Assembly (NCBI RefSeq): GCF_006345805.1
Contig: NW_021827046.1
Location: 1 to 11,269, forward strand
DNA length: 11,269 bases
Direction of reading: 5' to 3'
Origin: Octopus sinensis
Lineage: Eukaryota
Numbering within the stretch: the stretch's first letter is position 1; each line of letters opens with the position of its first letter. The position numbers and the translations under genes are program-made. Below, one piece after another: positions 8,669-11,269 of the stretch. Under the pieces are notes generated by a model. The model worked only from the letters and a program-made list of their open reading frames with translations. It was not told where the DNA came from and searched no databases.

Positions 8669-8932
8669 TTGGGTTGGCAACTAAGTTCTTGCCGTTTTTT
8701 AAAAATTTTGTGACTAATTGCGTTTTTAAATTTTGGAATTTGTTTTTTTTTTTCGAGAATTCTATTGTTGAATCATTTAAAAATCTATTTTGGGGATTTT
8801 TTTCTAGTTAATTTTAGTTAATTTTTGTTTATTTTCAGATCATAAAATGGAGTGTCAAGTTAAGAAAAACGAGCATTTTCGACACCTTCTTTTTGCTTTT
8901 AATCAAGGTTCTAAGGCCGCAAAAGCCGCTCG
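8669..8932 (+). mobile_element. 5' fragment of a second mariner (mellifera-like); left TIR only
   Basis: TA (8667-8668) followed by TTGGGTTGGCAACTAAGTTCTTGCCG, an AT-rich UTR, and an ATG at 8847 giving MECQVKKNEHFRHLLFAFNQGSKAAKAAR, similar to the mariner N-terminal helix EHFRHILLF. No right TIR was found in the window. Confidence 0.85.
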
Positions 8933-9380
8933 TCCGTGCAACATCGATATTCTCCCTGTGTTTATGAAAATTTTGTATCTCTGCCGTAAGACTTCATTTC
9001 CACACGCACCAGCTCAATTCAATTCGTCCTTAGTTGAAAGACACCTGTTGTTATGTCCTGTTATTATTTTTATTGTATTTATTATTGTATCTATTTGTGT
9101 AACTTTGTCCTTTTTTTTCCGTCCTTGTTTTTGTATACATTCGCTGTTTTCTTCCAAGGAATCTAATGCTCTTAGCTTAGTTTTTCCTTGGGGCTGGCCA
9201 GATTGGAGTAATCTCAAGAATAATCGGCTGAAATTGCGAGGATAATCTGGTGCTTGACTGAGGATGGAGGGCTTCGAATGACCCGTCCTTGTTTTCTTTG
9301 TATCATCTATCTGGATGTTTTGTTGTCCCTTTTTGTATCACCTAGCTGTCCAGATGTTTTACGTTCTTGTCCCATTTTGT
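8933..9380 (-). mobile_element. Unclassified element body, possibly the decayed 5' ORF region of the Penelope-like element carrying the adjacent hammerheads
   Basis: Begins exactly where the mariner fragment stops. On the minus strand, AAAATGG (ATG 9375-9373) lies about 100 nt downstream of the minus-strand hammerhead, followed by broken protein-like frames. No diagnostic RT or GIY-YIG motif is recognisable with confidence. Confidence 0.35.
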
Positions 9381-9474
9381 ATTATATATATATATATATA
9401 TTAAGATAGATATGATATATATATATGGAAAAAAAATGTCAAGATAGAAAATGCTAAAATAATTTCATAAAGAA

Positions 9475-9520
9475 CATTTCAGTACCGGTTTCAGTCATTG
9501 TGACTTTTTCAACTGTAACA
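9475..9520 (-). ncRNA. Minimal type I hammerhead ribozyme motif (U3-A8 variant), copy 1
   Basis: Exact reverse complement of 9727-9772. Predicted cleavage between 9483 and 9482. Confidence 0.75.
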
Positions 9521-9726
9521 AGTAAACAATTAAATTTAGAAAAATTAAGAGAAAAGTTTTTTTAAAAGAATATTTGTAAACTGTTCAGCGACCTCGAACC
9601 CACGAAAGTAAACAAGAGAGACAGAGACAGGCAGAAACAAAGAAAATGCCACTTGTAATTGAATACTATATAAATATTCTTTTAAAAAAACTTTTCTTTT
9701 GATTTTTCTAAATTTAATTGTTTACT

Positions 9727-9772
9727 TGTTACAGTTGAAAAAGTCACAATGACTGAAACCGGTACTGAAATG
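9727..9772 (+). ncRNA. Minimal type I hammerhead ribozyme motif (U3-A8 variant), copy 2
   Basis: Stem I UGUUACAG (9727-9734) pairs with CUGAAAUG (9765-9772) at 7/8 positions including G-U. Core UUGAAAA (9735-9741), stem II AGUCA-caa-UGACU, GAAA (9755-9758), stem III AC-cg-GU within the palindrome ACCGGU, GUA cleavage triplet (cut between 9764 and 9765). Confidence 0.75.
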
Positions 9773-9858
9773 TTTTTATATAATTATTTTAGCATTTTCT
9801 ATCTTGACCTTTTTTTTCCATATATATCAACTCGTGTGCTCCTTTCATCTTCTTTCTA

Positions 9859-9962
9859 CACACAACACACACACACACTCACACACACACACCCAACACA
9901 CACACCACAACACAGACACACACACACACACACACACACCACAAGCTACACACACACACCAC
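9859..9962. repeat. Imperfect (CA)n microsatellite
   Basis: Read directly. Confidence 0.9.
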
Positions 9963-9969
9963 ATATATA

Positions 9970-10165
9970 TTCTTTTATTCTTTTACTTGTTTAAGTCATT
10001 TGACTGCGACCATGCTGGAGCACCGCTTTAAAGGTTTTAGTCGAAGAAATCGACCCCAGGACTTATTCTTTGTAAGCTTAGTACTTATTCTATCAGTCTC
10101 TTTTGCCGAACAGCTAAGTTATGAGGACATAAGCTCACCAGCATCGGTGTTCAGACAAACACATA
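9970..10165 (-). mobile_element. SINE family A, 3' half (copy 1 of a stack of three)
   Basis: TTCTTTTATTCTTTTACTTGTTTAAGTCATTTGACTGCGACCATGCTGGAGCACC...GGACTTATTCTTTGTAAG...CTCTTTTGCCGAAC is colinear with 10712-10900. Confidence 0.88.
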
Positions 10166-10278
10166 AACGCACACACAAAATATATACATACACATACACA
10201 CACAAACATACACACAAATACACACACACACACACACATAATATTTAATGTATATGTATATATATATATATATATATA

Positions 10279-10329
<51 letters not shown>

Positions 10330-10425
10330 ACAGACAGACTGACAGAGAGAAAGAGTGAGGGCGATGCATATACATACATACAAGTGTGTATGTATGTGTG
10401 TGTGTATATATATATAATTTATATA
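10166..10425. repeat. Compound microsatellites (CA)n, (TA)n, (AG)n, (ACAG)n, (TG)n
   Basis: Read directly. Confidence 0.9.
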
Positions 10426-10427
10426 TA

Positions 10428-10599
10428 CTTTATTCTCTTATTCTTGTTCAGTAACTCAAAACTCAACCCGGGACTTATTCTCTTGCAAGCCCAGTACTTA
10501 TTCTATCGGTCTCTTTTGCCGAATCGCTAAGTAACGGGGACATAAACACACCAGCATTGGTTGTCAAGCAATGCTAGGGGACAAACACAGACACACAAA

Positions 10600-10641
<42 letters not shown>

Positions 10642-10692
10642 TACGACGGGCTTCTTTTCAGTTTCCGTCTACCAAATCCACTCACAAGGCTT
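10428..10692 (-). mobile_element. SINE family A, internally deleted and 5'-truncated (copy 2)
   Basis: GGGACTTATTC...CAGCATTGGTTGTCAAGCAATGCTAGGGGACAAACACAGACAC-(TA)n-TACGACGGGCTTCTTTTCAGTTTCCGTCTACCAAATCCACTCACAAGGCTT. Confidence 0.88.
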
Positions 10693-10711
10693 ATATATAC
10701 ATATATATATA

Positions 10712-10924
10712 TTCTTTATTCTTTTATTCTTTTACTTGTTTCAGTCATTTGACTGCGGCCATGCTGGAACACCATCTTTTGTCGAGCAAATCGACGCCGG
10801 GACTTATTCTTTGTAAGCCCAGTACTTATTCTATCGGTCTCTTTTGCCGAACCGCTAAGTGACGGGACGTAAACACACCAGCATCGGTTGTCAGCAATGC
10901 TAGGGGACAAAGACAGACACACAA

Positions 10925-10971
<47 letters not shown>

Positions 10972-11100
10972 CATATATACGACAGGCTACTTTCAGTTTC
11001 CGTCTACCAAATCCACTGACAAGGCATTGGTCGGCCCGGGGCTATAGCAGAAGACACTTGCTCAAGATGCCACGCAGCTACTTACCACACAGCCACTCCA
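10712..11100 (-). mobile_element. SINE family A, nearly full length but lacking the B-box segment (copy 3)
   Basis: The minus strand starts TGGAGTGGCTGTGTGGTAAGTAG (A box), jumps to CTGCGTGGCATCTTGAGCAAGTGTC, and runs through the whole body to the (AAGAATA)n-type tail. Confidence 0.9.
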
Positions 11101-11152
11101 TTTATTTATTTATTTATTTATTAATAGTGTTATTTATTTATTAATAGTGTTA
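11101..11152. repeat. (TTTA)n with a perfect 20-bp tandem duplication
   Basis: TATTTATTTATTAATAGTGT at 11111-11130 and 11131-11150. Confidence 0.9.
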
Positions 11153-11269
11153 CCCCAACAGCCACTAGGAAGTTCCTGTAATAAATCTACGGATAACAAC
11201 AGGTAATCGAAACTGTGCCGGTCCTTTACTATTCATCTATCTGGTCATCAAATCTAAGTAGAGACTTCA

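Larger units (their letters stand above)
9419..9827. mobile_element. Inverted repeat (arms 9419-9575 and 9672-9827, 96-bp spacer), probably inverted pseudo-LTRs of a Penelope-like element
   Basis: Manual alignment gives 5 mismatches and 1 indel in about 157 bp, with a perfect 73-nt core (9473-9545). Each arm contains a hammerhead motif. Confidence 0.75.

Noticed and set aside
8933-8960. Minus-strand GRISMLHG as a degenerate Penelope RT motif (P-x-LYGLPK-x-HK)
   Set aside because: It is too short, it is cut off at the mariner junction, and another frame looks equally protein-like. Not used as evidence.
793-9290. Other CTGANGA heptamers (about 795 +, about 1120 -, about 5020 +, about 9257 +)
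   Set aside because: Each lacks a pairing stem II followed by GAAA and a closing stem I.
1689-11000. Numerous ORFs of the YIYI, THTH, LSIY and CVCV type
   Set aside because: Artefacts of stop-free microsatellites.
1-11269. CRISPR array or other prokaryotic system
   Set aside because: There are no regularly spaced repeats with unique spacers, and the sequence is clearly eukaryotic repeat-rich DNA.

Overview
AT-rich, microsatellite-dense eukaryotic intergenic or intronic DNA made almost entirely of stacked transposon relics. The SINE families resemble ones I recall from Octopus (recollection, not a database result). No intact protein-coding gene is supported, and most ORFs in the track are translated microsatellites. 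Main content: (1) a 1290-bp DD34D mariner (3365-4654; 34-bp TIRs, TA duplication, two frameshifts, one stop) inserted into (2) a decayed R4/Dong-like non-LTR retrotransposon with a zinc-knuckle remnant and a restriction-like endonuclease, bracketed by (TACA)n; (3) a 5' fragment of a second, different mariner (8669-8932); (4) about ten copies or fragments of three tRNA-type SINE families, including one nested insertion with a TSD; (5) two long inverted repeats. The standout is the second inverted repeat (9419-9827). Each arm carries an identical 46-nt minimal type I hammerhead ribozyme motif with a U3-A8 core variant and a palindromic ACCGGU stem III, as expected for inverted pseudo-LTRs of a Penelope-like element. 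The first inverted repeat (1961-2451; 132 of 133 positions identical) encloses a candidate 77-nt exon.
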